64,000 nt of DNA, from the IMG/VR virus record IMGVR_UViG_3300025011_000016; one strand, 5' to 3'. The DNA comes from a virus (lineage: Duplodnaviria; Caudoviricetes). Positions 32,001 through 39,577 of this stretch are shown piece after piece. A program made the translations under genes and the position numbers. Position 1 is the stretch's first letter; each line of letters begins with the position of its first letter. The notes under the pieces were generated by a model that saw only the letters and a list, made by a program, of their open reading frames with translations, searched no databases and was not told the DNA's origin.

Positions 32001-32898
32001 TATCCTGCAACATACTTTTTATTGGTGATAAAAACATATTAGAATCAATAGCATTTCCAACTTGTTTCCATACCATATTACCATAACCTTTAAGATTCAA
32101 ACCTCCTTTAGATAATAAAGCCATATCTAAAGGATCGTCTTTCCTCTTACCTGGTTCAGTAGGTTTAGGTGAAGACTTTTGAATCTCAAGTAAAGTATCT
32201 CCTAATACTTTTAGATTTTGTTCGTAATAGACTAAAGATGCTGATATATATTTTGTCATAGATTCACTCTGGAAGTTAACTAATAAAGCTAAGTTATTAT
32301 TAATCCCATTCAATCCCTGCATTATACCAGTACCTATTTTTTTATTAGATAATAATGTGGTGGTAGCTAATGATACACCTAAATCATTTGTTACCTGAGC
32401 TGTTGACAACATAGCTTGAGTTTGTCTATCTACAGCTTTAACCATGGGATTATTCTTATTTATATTACCTTCTATATTATTAATATGAATTGGTTGTTGC
32501 TTAGATGATGTATCATCGGATTCATCAAAGTTAAAATCACTCATTCCAAATTCATCGTCACCATCTTGGAATACCTTATCTTGACGATCCTTATTATATA
32601 TCTTACCTGATTTAATATCCTTCATAGCATTTTGTATTGATGATCTTGCTATATCAGCATATTCACTACCGATAATTTCATCAACGACACGTTTACCTTG
32701 AGATTTCATTCTGCGTAAATCTGTATATAATTCCTTTACAGTTTCTACATTAGATGTAGTGAAATCAATAGTTGCTGGCATCATTTCATTTACAAGATCC
32801 ATAGATGTATAGCCTAATGATTTACCAACATTTTTAAACCAAGACATTGCACTTGGAGTTTTAACTTTAACTGATCCTTTCTTACTTTTATCAATCAT
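23068..32898 (-). CDS. Giant tape-measure-like virion protein with C39-like peptidase and lysozyme-like C-terminal domains
   Basis: Likely start is ATG 32898 (RBS AAAGGAG, late promoter 32931-32942), not 33066. Long helical and Gly-zipper regions; YYSQADDRW...GCGPTSAAMV...GHFVV (C39-like, ~24940-24420); KHESNGNY...SIGALQW (lysozyme-like, ~24150-23620). Confidence 0.75.
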   Translation of the reverse strand: MIDKSKKGSVKVKTPSAMSWFKNVGKSLGYTSMDLVNEMMPATIDFTTSNVETVKELYTDLRRMKSQGKRVVDEIIGSEYADIARSSIQNAMKDIKSGKIYNKDRQDKVFQDGDDEFGMSDFNFDESDDTSSKQQPIHINNIEGNINKNNPMVKAVDRQTQAMLSTAQVTNDLGVSLATTTLLSNKKIGTGIMQGLNGINNNLALLVNFQSESMTKYISASLVYYEQNLKVLGDTLLEIQKSSPKPTEPGKRKDDPLDMALLSKGGLNLKGYGNMVWKQVGNAIDSNMFLSPIKSMLQDKDTLKFLAASPLSFISTKIVTALIPNMLKSAMTDMDKSFQGFFPAMLMKINRLAYKSDNPIMQLFGQVFGANVKTKSSVDMSKFNKGPVPFDGYVKKSITDVIPTYLRKILSALTGKEEMGFDYDKGTFGSVYQMKKDFDDQKERTVLNQFSDAISEIKDRANSFYIEDGVERNKFYKDIDSFFINLAKSNYLVNPTSTKDKNGNAVDELADVFKFKGDQQKFFRQLILSLPKNMQSQMFGMGVINARREQNRFMMDAEENPLKNNANNIFNEAGIDGHLTRDTKDPSKFKLKKGGGLLPSDAYDLNSLDYLRDIKKILLKGIIVFPNQSTNTDPLSPFVPPTHSSSGLKRMKQREDIIKERNRKNNTITPSTETQIGQRMNHGQRTIDSLSDSGLGEGDFQAQIGTYVSERDKVPGPNQGNNIFKWAGKFFKGDAQERYNMIREKVNDLFQAPVKLLSGVFKKIDLTMYEMVFGKQGTDENTSFFSKTLSLMKTKFETFSTWMKTEIFLPIKDALFGKDGFITKLKNSEMVNTAKGKLSKLANYLFGDPGGANGARENGVFSQTANSLMDIWDGAKYYFTGKGYTNRAGDKFSDNNSSVFGELKSMFKDFKGNLKEYLFGKKDTNDPTNNTKGVFSGIVSSIGKGFQNFSDAMFGPKRIGGKDNQNHIVMDELFKNIKKKAPKSLAYGLLGGTAGLLFGGKLGLLGSLLLPGGPIGGAVVATTMGFLSQSDRFNNWLFGPKDINGTRIGGFVSKKTTDFLKKNKVGIIGGASMGAAKSLLTSFGLLPSFFLPGGIVGGAILGVGTSLLVRSERFQKAMFGEKDADGKRQGGVVDKLFGQFRKGKNKNLFGNMGAGAAGGAALGMITSKFGLMGAMLLPGGPIGGALLGAAAGIALSSDKWRKALFGEFDADTQLRKGGLFGKFINWTKLEVLAPLKLKFGEINLNIQKWFGESIANPFLNAIDPLKHEMTLMIRSLKDTFVQGWKNFQTFLGTSFEKFVGKPFGQFMNDNVMKPLKSFLSTLLNGIGRIFGPLLSAPLRAMEGLSEGLMARHKEQGVAAYRKKRGFWGSVKDSIFNRQAIEDARNSSEGAPYAKELEIAKAKRASDTAAKYNEKKAILDAKWDKLNRRRGVGSDNDYDNFDRNGNVIVDVYRTHGSEGNPIESANTRIAEANNMSNPNQSNKSTFPVVSLDDYRQSKSSNIPTTQSGPTQSRPTLQLVPPINNSQQDNGPTPIMDNSSNKTNTTTLAPQVSKSGKTSTLEFKPQIMNDMASDIKIIAQEVKGQLDGVGSNVFKIRKLLQQQSGIGDEDLSGSSNRDRIGFLGKIKRALYKPFDTAKELLMKPIRYVGDKLSTLGTTIVSVGKAIVKIPVDIAKGMWNFSKEVLNIGKETLLALVKLPLAIVKTVGFALQTVAESLKIVGPAIGESLKGVAKLFSGTLGLVSHSLIGFGKGLGEILLGVGQGLGMITKGIGEAVGKAISGTVGALFKMVPMVTDFMFKSASAITDFTFNVVTSVGQKLLSIGDSLFEIVTSPIKFLAGSIGKMAGWKSEVIIAGGSLDLVKEVRVMQINGSARTLAPTGTDGVTHSGNLTPMPVRIVSSDTLPVRLVSTTPSPNSGSSTRGKVLPFRSISNGMDQITNSMLGAMNIFDTKEDKEDAARAEEAAQEAELNADQKQVSRRTASFTIAQNQAREDREFTQNSQIQEVSLLSNIAGLIKGQRADWLGIFGKAGLITTAALMALPYLKKLFNWFIGKTDSPTDGDHSDTYGNPITDMDTAEHVGKGLVYGTRLLNKKLVEPMVAGGRKMIKTGTKVVNPIVNTGKKVLTKILGKPSSVVKESGLAVIEDSTKMANDVKGSQIAKIQKTIQEMMSKLFAYLGEKCPQAKKGFGAISATVTKVFTKEVLGKTLPKWLAGTARLAGSAATLGLLDATWVTYGLVTGWFEASHLFRVHPEQTDYMMKSISSAMKGMLNFSWFFLINIANDVFVSATQGNTIASSITGGTGFLEMIANYLYAAWAGDDKGIKLENNQGAFKKELEEYNIENNKNLTPDEYNALTNPTIADKVVGGIKNGASYVGGKISQGASYVGNGIVNNTKWVANNMPIVGDFINNDTVKKNLNVTGNGTISTGMRIASGISGGLESASLGILDSEKTAKTIYGIGVTANNFIDTLGINLGKTSEKISTETSTKLDSITGSFRDTWAVMTSIVDEKVAEIKKDVGEKVDLISGSFRDTWSVMTSIVDEKVAGIKKDINEKTEPIVKAFRDTWVVISGYVDDAITPIKSFFKNIADGMKNTFGKIGDKVKNGWNSVVNLFNGNADLELKDANFSTNTTSNVRRGGMGGFNGGFGEAPSTVNNFSYYSQADDRWANVPYDYSPGKGHSPNPAMEKRGCGPTSAAMVVSQLTGKQYTPVQMAKIAQEDGYSTNQGTSWGYFNDIAKKFSMQTTQIDPSSNKGTVRNWLDNGVPIVLSGIRPGSSASENSPFTSAGHFVVAVGNDGPNKVMINDPRGEKYSHSYNMNTVMNEAKQAWGFKYGGGPIPTPSTDTPSSSPSVAKKEGPFSGEDLFSKLSELMGIYTENAFFGRNDQLSWGTDDTGSPIQAPSSTAGIDFIPKNLQDAILKKTAEETIKHESNGNYTFAKNDINGSTGQSISPSIGALQWRGGYAKQLMQNMAAKLPGNSEANYFANKVNWNSNSPWSNSEQTRLQNFLTSNYGITKQVEDDMIMNHVRDTNLSQVYKYGVVPKKIADPRSIVFLGDFANTGPANISPFMSAYSKTSQTGKSEFDHLYNEFKAKSYWGKHSGIYSGRMSGLYSDLSDWDPEQGGYGAQHVPGGFGELTDSITSKLTSNPDNGTVMNNLSFPSFSSGSSPAVRSYMSNNQQASNTGSFSDELLSEAIHVLQSIASNTGNTTDGIRSLSNMKIQVDVSNNQPPTSGNTSQNNIIIAPGQTSTSINPFMGMGTKKEDKESRNYEVAKTIARGRIT
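25190..25440 (-). repeat. 33-aa (99-nt) tandem repeat inside the tape-measure protein, ~3 copies
   Basis: SFRDTWxVMTSIVDEKVAxIKKD repeated; DNA copies start at 25274 and 25373. Confidence 0.8.
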
Positions 32899-32930
32899 AC
32901 TTTCATCTCCTTTCATAATACATATAGTCT

Positions 32931-32942
32931 TAGATAAATGTT
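32931..32942 (-). promoter_or_regulatory. Late promoter AACA-N6-TA
   Basis: AACA-TTTATC-TA ~33 nt upstream of ATG 32898. Confidence 0.65.
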
Positions 32943-32980
32943 TTACTATAAAAAAATAAGGTTTGTTAAAAAGACAAAAA

Positions 32981-33015
32981 AATATACAGAGCATCAAAAA
33001 GATGCTCTGTATATT
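32981..33015 (-). terminator. Intrinsic terminator
   Basis: AATATACAGAGCATC-aaaaa-GATGCTCTGTATATT, with a T run on the minus strand. Confidence 0.75.
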
Positions 33016-33028
33016 TAAATAGATTACA

Positions 33029-33334
33029 CTATTCACTAAATTCAAATTGTTTTGAATAACTGGCAACTAGACTAGCTATCATCATTTTATAACTTCTGAT
33101 GTGTGTAACAGTACCGGTACATTCAATTTGAAATGTATAAGTATCATCTACTCGCATCTGGCCAGATTTAACTTTAACCCGATGTTGTTTACCATGAGTT
33201 TGTATCCATGTGGTAACTAATTCAACATGTAAATCTTCAGATAACACAGCTCTCACGTTTAATGTCTTAGTAATAACCTCATCAATTTTCCTAATATGTC
33301 TCTGCGTATTTTTTTCTTCAACCAACATATACAT
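33029..33334 (-). CDS. Hypothetical protein
   Basis: 101-aa ORF in the minus-strand operon. Confidence 0.6.
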   Translation of the reverse strand: MYMLVEEKNTQRHIRKIDEVITKTLNVRAVLSEDLHVELVTTWIQTHGKQHRVKVKSGQMRVDDTYTFQIECTGTVTHIRSYKMMIASLVASYSKQFEFSE

Positions 33335-33338
33335 TCTG

Positions 33339-34652
33339 TTATCTACTCCCTTGTAAGTTTTTTGTCCATTCGTCTTGGGTTATCTCAGTATAATTACCAG
33401 TAGAATTAACAAGTACACGACCCACACCTATATGATTAGAATCGTTTGGGTTATAACTTGCCACTTCAAGAACCCCAAGTCCATGTGTTGATATATCCGC
33501 AAGTTTTATAATATGAATATCTACACCTGAAGTATGACGATAATATTTACCTATCTCAAAGCGTTCCGGTTGTTTGATATTAGGTAATTCATTCTCTGGA
33601 GTTGAGGGCTTCATACTGCCTTTATCAATACTAATAGAATCAATTATACCCATTTCACCAGGAAAGCATCTTTCTACAAATGCTTCGTCTCTCCGTTTGA
33701 AATCATTATCCGTGATAACAGATCCAGGCCTAGATCTAACCACGTCGCTCAGACAACTTGCATCAATATCGGTATCAGTAACTCGGTCCATTACGGGAAT
33801 GTTATTAACCCCATCACTTAACTCAGTTACGGCATAATTTGGGGTTTGAATAAATACATCCATTGCTTTACTCAAACACTCAAAAGCGTATTTAAGTTCG
33901 TTGAACTTCCCAGTGATCTTCAATTTATCAATACTACTATCCGATAATTCAAAATCTGGAAATACCGAGGTAATGTCCATTTCTAGAAGTTTACTCAGAT
34001 CCTTTTCTAGAGGATCTTTCTGGGATTTAGGAATTGAAGTACTAATACAATGATATTCTCGATGTTTTAAATCCAGGACACCGGCATTAGTCTTATCGCA
34101 TAAACCTTCCATGAATTCACAAAACTTCTTATCTATAAGAGGTATTAACTCATTCTCAACTTTTAATCGTTGGAGAGAATTAACATTAAAAAGTTCTATG
34201 ACCATAGATGGTCTACCCATCTGTATTTTCCCATTAAGATTATCTGGGGTTTGACACTCCTCCATATCATCAACACCATAGTGTTCACAATCTGAACCAA
34301 TACATCCCAATTCATCACACGGATCATCATCGTCATCGTCGGAGATAACATTGGTTAAAAATTCCCCGACCTCCAAAATTTGATCAAGATCCCACTCAAG
34401 ATACTTATCGGACATAATAGCCATAGCTTCATAGATCTTTTTATGCTTATTGTGTTCTGTCTCGGTTATTTCAACCCAACCTTCGGTATATGCCGGGTCG
34501 TCTTTACCAATCATAATCAAAGCTCCAGTGCCAGCTCTACAAAGAAGTTTTGCACCAAATGCTGTACTCTGAACTACCTCAACTGCTTTAGTCTCAATTC
34601 CGCTTTCATGTTGATAACATTTACCCACTTCAAAATTAGCCATGTTAAACAC
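33339..34652 (-). CDS. Mosaic hypothetical protein with a duplicated terminal domain
   Basis: N- and C-terminal domains are similar (FEVGKCYQHESG...WVEITETE vs FEIGKYYRHTSG...YTEITQDE); Asp/Cys-rich patch; RBS GAGGAG. Confidence 0.7.
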   Translation of the reverse strand: MFNMANFEVGKCYQHESGIETKAVEVVQSTAFGAKLLCRAGTGALIMIGKDDPAYTEGWVEITETEHNKHKKIYEAMAIMSDKYLEWDLDQILEVGEFLTNVISDDDDDDPCDELGCIGSDCEHYGVDDMEECQTPDNLNGKIQMGRPSMVIELFNVNSLQRLKVENELIPLIDKKFCEFMEGLCDKTNAGVLDLKHREYHCISTSIPKSQKDPLEKDLSKLLEMDITSVFPDFELSDSSIDKLKITGKFNELKYAFECLSKAMDVFIQTPNYAVTELSDGVNNIPVMDRVTDTDIDASCLSDVVRSRPGSVITDNDFKRRDEAFVERCFPGEMGIIDSISIDKGSMKPSTPENELPNIKQPERFEIGKYYRHTSGVDIHIIKLADISTHGLGVLEVASYNPNDSNHIGVGRVLVNSTGNYTEITQDEWTKNLQGSR

Positions 34653-34670
34653 ACTCTCCTCTTTCTCTAT

Positions 34671-35075
34671 TTACTTCATTAACTTATTAATATTAGTCCG
34701 CCCATTAGATGCCTTAGCACTGTAAACACATCCACAATTAAGACAGACTATACTAATAACGTCAAAAATTTCATTATGATTTTCTCTTTCAGTTCTGAAA
34801 TAACTTGCAGATTCTGAACCTGCTTTACAATCTGGACAATCATCACTTAACCTGGTATTTATGATAGAAATAATAGGTATAAGATTAGAATATCCAAGTA
34901 TGTGAATTGAATAATTGAATATCGGTATAGTAGTTAGGTTATATTTAGTAATGATTTTAGCCAGTTCAATCATCATGACGACCCGACTAAATTCACCTTT
35001 AGCATTAGCATGACGAATAATTAAATTATGAGCATTTAGTCTATCTTCATATGTTGGAAACTGATAATATGTCAT
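34671..35075 (-). CDS. Hypothetical protein with a C-terminal zinc ribbon
   Basis: CPDC...CLNCGC. Confidence 0.65.
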   Translation of the reverse strand: MTYYQFPTYEDRLNAHNLIIRHANAKGEFSRVVMMIELAKIITKYNLTTIPIFNYSIHILGYSNLIPIISIINTRLSDDCPDCKAGSESASYFRTERENHNEIFDVISIVCLNCGCVYSAKASNGRTNINKLMK

Positions 35076-35078
35076 ATA

Positions 35079-35246
35079 CTACATACCAGCTTTTAAATAT
35101 ATCAGTCCACATAATATCACGATAAGACTACCACCAATTGAGAAAGCCAATGCTGAAGTTGTACTTCTACGGATTTCCTCTTTAATGATATTTCGTTTTA
35201 CCAAAATTACCCCAGCAACTCCCAAGGCAATTAATCCACCTGTCAT
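35079..35246 (-). CDS. 55-aa two-helix membrane protein (not in the ORF track)
   Basis: MTGGLIALGVAGVILVKR...LAFSIGGSLIVILCGLIYLKAGM; RBS AGGGGG. Confidence 0.6.
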   Translation of the reverse strand: MTGGLIALGVAGVILVKRNIIKEEIRRSTTSALAFSIGGSLIVILCGLIYLKAGM

Positions 35247-35337
35247 AACAATTACCCCCTTTATTTAATATATCTGATAAATATCAGATAATACATACTA
35301 GGTGAAATACATAGTTAAGACCAAGTATTGAAAACGT

Positions 35338-35382
35338 CTAAACCCCACAGAGTATCTTTTATTGATACTCTGTGGGGTTTAG
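35338..35382 (-). terminator. Intrinsic terminator
   Basis: CTAAACCCCACAGAGTATC / GATACTCTGTGGGGTTTAG arms. Confidence 0.8.
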
Positions 35383-35392
35383 TTTTAATAAA

Positions 35393-35541
35393 TGTCGCCG
35401 AGTGGCAATGAACCATAATTAAGCTTTTGGTTGAAATGACGGCAGGTCATTATAAGTAACCAAAAAATGTATGCTGGTATGATTCGATAATCCCGACGGA
35501 GGACTAATTCCCAGGATTAATTCGTGCTCTCCTCGGCGGCA
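35393..35541 (-). ncRNA. Candidate structured RNA in the 3' region of the HU-like gene
   Basis: Closing stem GCCGCCGAG/CUCGGCGAC, internal helix UUUUGGUU/AACCAAAA and hairpin AAUGAC/GUCAUU. GC-richer than flanks, with no ORF. Confidence 0.35.
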
Positions 35542-35552
35542 AAGATAACTAA

Positions 35553-36095
35553 TTAAACGACGCGTTCTTTAAGCCACTTCGGGCACTTGCTGCGTTTTTC
35601 AAGCAGGCTATGGGCTTTCTTACTGACCTTAATGAGATCCTTAGTTTTGATATCACGGAATTCTCCAACCGAAGGGCCGAGATCTTTCAATGAGAGAGAG
35701 CCGATGAAATCTTCTTTCGGAATGAAATCGAACTTCTTGCCAGCCGCAATATACTGGAATACCAGCTCGGAACATACTTCGTAAAGGCCGTCAACATTAT
35801 GGATATCATATCCATCAACAACACGCTGAGCTTCTTGCTTGTCAACACCGAAGTCAACAAGGATAACCCGGAGCATATTCCGGAATTCTTTGATAGGTAG
35901 AACTTCCTTAGTAACCATAGCGCCATCTTTGGTGCCGACACTGTTAATAACGTAAGCTTCCTCGTTCAAAAACGCTGTAGCCAACTTATTGAAATCGGCC
36001 CGACTGAATGATTTTACCGGCTTGTTCTTTTTTGACATCGATACGTTTGCTTTGATCTCATCAAAGACTTCCTGAAATGTTTTGACTGTACTCAT
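35553..36095 (-). CDS. HU/IHF-like DNA-binding protein, extended
   Basis: C-terminal half aligns with the HU arm (GKKFDF...GSLSLK...FRDIKT...I.V...P.WLK); codon usage suggests high expression. Confidence 0.5.
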   Translation of the reverse strand: MSTVKTFQEVFDEIKANVSMSKKNKPVKSFSRADFNKLATAFLNEEAYVINSVGTKDGAMVTKEVLPIKEFRNMLRVILVDFGVDKQEAQRVVDGYDIHNVDGLYEVCSELVFQYIAAGKKFDFIPKEDFIGSLSLKDLGPSVGEFRDIKTKDLIKVSKKAHSLLEKRSKCPKWLKERVV

Positions 36096-36148
36096 GATAA
36101 CATTACCTCCTACTAATTTAATTAATAATAAGTTTAACGTGTAAGTTT

Positions 36149-36316
36149 TTACACGTTAATATTAATCACCATTTTACCATCAGTTTGTTCATCTTTGTCT
36201 TTATTCTTACCATGTTTCTTTTTACCCTTCTTCATGGCCACTTTATGACCTAAATTCTTAAGGGTATCAAATACATCATCTATAACAAATTCATCAATAT
36301 TTATTTTACTACCCAT
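36149..36316 (-). CDS. 55-aa basic protein (not in the ORF track)
   Basis: MGSKINIDEF...MKKGKKKHGKNK...; RBS AGGAGGTG; late promoter at 36333-36344. Confidence 0.6.
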   Translation of the reverse strand: MGSKINIDEFVIDDVFDTLKNLGHKVAMKKGKKKHGKNKDKDEQTDGKMVININV

Positions 36317-36332
36317 ATGCCTCACCTCCTCT

Positions 36333-36344
36333 TAAACATTTGTT
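36333..36344 (-). promoter_or_regulatory. Late promoter AACA-N6-TA
   Basis: AACA-AATGTT-TA on the minus strand. Confidence 0.6.
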
Positions 36345-36600
36345 ATGTAGTTAGTAGAATAATATATATTTATAATAGTATATTAATTTTATATGATCCT
36401 AAATTTAAATATGAATAAATAGTAATTTAAAACTATATATTTATATATTATAAAAGTGAAGACTATGCGAATATAAAAGAGGGAGATTCTGGCGGATATC
36501 CGCCAGCCCTATTCGCTTTTTGGATCATAATGATTTTGAATTATATATTATCTTATTAGTTAGAGTACATATTATAAAGAGAAAGAGGAGTGTGGTAATA

Positions 36601-37392
36601 ATGTTATTATTATTTAAAGAGAGTGAACGAGGTCTATTTTCTAAAATCAACAATCGGGGTAAAATCGTTAAACCGGCAACTAATTCAGGTATAACTAAAC
36701 CTGGCTATGCCTTAGTAGATAAACTAGATGAGAAGGAAAGGACTATTTTTGCATCCGGAAATAGTTTAGTTTTCGATCCATTACCTGTTATTGACGAGAA
36801 ATTTATCATAGAGACTTTTAAGTTCCATTCTCAGGGGCATATTGTAAATAAGATTCTTCTGGCTGATGGAATAACTGAGGCTATACGATTTACAGGGAAA
36901 TCCGAAGTTATTGGATTCGTTAATAATGAAATGTTAACCCTCGATTATACTGATGAATCTACTCAATATAAAGTAATCGGCGACATAACAGATCAATACG
37001 AAATCATCTATGATTCAATAGTTCCGTATCTGAATAACTACTACTATCAATCGGTTGATATTGATGACTTTAAGTTTACACTATCTAAACTTGCGCCCAG
37101 TATTATTCATTCCGACTATTCGATACTTATCCCCTGTAATATATATGGGGGACTGCATTATAGTATTGGAAAATGGATGTTTCCTGTTTGTATCGATTCA
37201 AACAAAGTTAATATCTTAGCATTGACTAATTTATCTGAAATTTTAAAAGAAATCAAAATTCATAATACTATGATCCTGAATACCTGGAAAAAGTATGGTT
37301 TCGATATATGTAATAAAAATATGCGTATATTTTCTGACATACTAAACCGGTTAAAAATACTCTCTGGAATTCAAGAATTAAAGGAGAAGTGA
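36601..37392 (+). CDS. Hypothetical protein
   Basis: ATG 36601 has RBS GAGGAG and an early motif at 36542-36551, so it is preferred over the TTG at 36520. Confidence 0.65.
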   Translation: MLLLFKESERGLFSKINNRGKIVKPATNSGITKPGYALVDKLDEKERTIFASGNSLVFDPLPVIDEKFIIETFKFHSQGHIVNKILLADGITEAIRFTGKSEVIGFVNNEMLTLDYTDESTQYKVIGDITDQYEIIYDSIVPYLNNYYYQSVDIDDFKFTLSKLAPSIIHSDYSILIPCNIYGGLHYSIGKWMFPVCIDSNKVNILALTNLSEILKEIKIHNTMILNTWKKYGFDICNKNMRIFSDILNRLKILSGIQELKEK

Positions 37393-37399
37393 TAATGAA

Positions 37400-37831
37400 A
37401 TGAAATTAATTAAATTTGTTAAAGAATGTACTCAAGAGGATGTAGTCAAATACTTCGTGGAACGAAACGATGGTAAATTTGACTATATTAAATGTAATGT
37501 ATCCAAAGAAGGAGTTGTAAAGAAAAGTAAATATCTTGCTGAAGGATTAAGCCAGTCTAGTGTTGGTATCGAAATAAGACACGGGCTTTTAAACCGAGGT
37601 TATACTGAAATTATATCAGCTAATATGACTGGTGATGCGTCGATGTTACTTGGACTATGTAATGTCCCTCATATTAATATGAAACCAGAATATTTCCTTC
37701 CTGAGGTGCTTATATCTTCTGTGAAAAAGAAATATACACCGGTTATTCATTTAACTTTACCTTCAAAAACGTTGGAGAAAAACTCTATACCATGTCATCC
37801 AAAAGAAATGAAAAATGAGGAGGATATTTAA
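37400..37831 (+). CDS. Hypothetical protein
   Basis: 143-aa ORF with RBS AAGGAG. Confidence 0.65.
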   Translation: MKLIKFVKECTQEDVVKYFVERNDGKFDYIKCNVSKEGVVKKSKYLAEGLSQSSVGIEIRHGLLNRGYTEIISANMTGDASMLLGLCNVPHINMKPEYFLPEVLISSVKKKYTPVIHLTLPSKTLEKNSIPCHPKEMKNEEDI

Positions 37832-38168
37832 AATGAAACTAATCCCAGCTTATGATTGGACTATTGTTGAAAATGTATTACTCGAAGAAGATGCCCGAAC
37901 TAATTATATAAAGAACACTACGGTTGCAACTAGTTTAAAAGAAGTTAGAAAAGTCTTAAAGAATTATTCAAGAAATAATATCTCAATGCATACTAGAGGA
38001 TTTATAGACCTCTATTTAGATAATATGTCGTTATTATCTAAAACCCAAATTGTTAATGATGGAAGTTACAGGAATTTCGTATTGGGTGTGCGGCCCGATA
38101 GAATTCAAGAAACTGGTTGCATTAAATCAGGATTTCCTATGTATAACTATCAAGAAGTATTAACCTAG
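37815..38168 (+). CDS. Hypothetical protein, paralog of 38339..38863, possibly frameshift-truncated
   Basis: Shares KLIPA and QI(V/C)NDGSY with the next gene; the +1 frame stays open to 38316. Confidence 0.55.
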   Translation: MRRIFKMKLIPAYDWTIVENVLLEEDARTNYIKNTTVATSLKEVRKVLKNYSRNNISMHTRGFIDLYLDNMSLLSKTQIVNDGSYRNFVLGVRPDRIQETGCIKSGFPMYNYQEVLT

Positions 38169-38338
38169 ATATCTTGCTAGTGCTGAAGTGATATTTCTAA
38201 ATTTAACGATGGAACGGTGGAGTGATATCTTACGAGATAAAGGTAGGGGTTGTAATAAGGCTTATCTATTTATGCTTCCAGAGGATAAGATTGCAGCCAT
38301 AATTAATTCTCGATAAAGAAAGGGGTGTTGGATACCAT

Positions 38339-38863
38339 ATGAAAAAGAAATTAATACCAGCCGTTTGTGAAACTAACTTATTCAAACGGCCATTTTCAGT
38401 TGAAGAACAAATTGATATTCAACGGAAAAATACCCGTAAATTCTCTAGGAGAGATACCGTGAAGATAATTCTATCATTTCTAGAACGTAATGTCATAACC
38501 GATATTGACAGAGAAATATTTAATAAAATTCTTGGGGATACTAAAATACTAGATAAGATTCAAATTTGTAATGATGGTTCATATCTTAATGGGAGAATTT
38601 ACTATAAATTGGATATTAACGGACCATCTAATAATAGTAACATTATTGTCGATGGGGACTATTGGTATCGATCATCTATACAACCGGATATAATTACTAA
38701 ACTCAATTTTATGAAAAATAACTTTGAAGTAATATATCTACAGTGTATAAGTCATTTTAGATCTTTCTTTGAACTCAGAATGCATGAATTCATTCCGTCA
38801 TGCCCAGATCATGAAATAATTACACATGTATCATTTGAACGTAACTATAAAAAGGTAACATAA
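38339..38863 (+). CDS. Hypothetical protein, paralog family
   Basis: 174-aa ORF with RBS GGGGTG. Confidence 0.7.
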   Translation: MKKKLIPAVCETNLFKRPFSVEEQIDIQRKNTRKFSRRDTVKIILSFLERNVITDIDREIFNKILGDTKILDKIQICNDGSYLNGRIYYKLDINGPSNNSNIIVDGDYWYRSSIQPDIITKLNFMKNNFEVIYLQCISHFRSFFELRMHEFIPSCPDHEIITHVSFERNYKKVT

Positions 38864-38870
38864 CCTTAAA

Positions 38871-38904
38871 AATAATAGACTAGCTTAATTGCTAGTCTAT
38901 TATT
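38871..38904. terminator. Bidirectional terminator
   Basis: AATAATAGACTAGC / GCTAGTCTATTATT between convergent genes. Confidence 0.8.
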
Positions 38905-38915
38905 TTTTTTAAAGT

Positions 38916-39300
38916 TTATCCACCATGATGAATATCGTCATAAACATCACCTGGAATTGTCAATATTTCATCAGGCATAATATCAGTAACAGCTATTAAA
39001 TCATCACCGACTAATTGACAATTTGGATTTTGATCATATTGAATATGCAAACCTAAATAATTTACCCAATGATTTACATATAAGGGACTTACTATTTCAC
39101 CAGAATTTATTTTTTTACTAGTATAGAATGTCATTTTCCCATCTTCATCCCATTTACTATATATTGAATTCGGAAGTGATTCTACACCAACACCTTCTTT
39201 GATAGGTTCCCATGGTTTATTAGTATAAATTTCTTGCAATTTTCTTTTTAATTCAATTAAGACTTTATTGCCAAACATGGTTAATAGAATACTAGGAGTC
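38916..39300 (-). CDS. RNA polymerase beta-like subunit, exon 7 (with SET-like tail)
   Basis: AT|G ACT CCT AGT junction gives ARMTPSILLTMFGNK; 385 nt. Confidence 0.8.
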
Positions 39301-39577
39301 CAATAATGTTAATAATATTCGTTAAATATTATAAAGGATAAAATCCTTTCTCTATCTTTCAATAGAAGTTCAGACTATTTCATCATCTCATTAGAGATGC
39401 TTCTTATTTTGATTCACACTTGTAAATCTAAGAACTCTACCGTTCTAGTCGTTGAACCTTATTCTTTTGTAAGAATATTGGCTGCGGATTGTCCAATCTA
39501 TATTAGTAAAGCCCTAAGAAGTTTCCCGCAATTAAAGAAGTTTGCATTATATATCACTATACAATGGGACGAATTCC
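39301..39577 (-). ncRNA. Group I intron 6 of the RNAP gene (277 nt, ORF-less)
   Basis: P1 GGAU/GUCC with the U.G splice pair; core motifs AATTGCGGGAAAC, AATCCGCAGC, GTTCAACGACTA, ATAGTC; omega-G 39301. Confidence 0.85.

Noticed and set aside
32899-33066. N-terminal extension of the 3332-aa ORF
   Set aside because: It overlaps another gene and a terminator; RBS and late promoter point to ATG 32898.
35393-35541. tRNA or tmRNA
   Set aside because: No T-loop (TTCGA) or D-loop arrangement, no CCA end and no tag reading frame seen.
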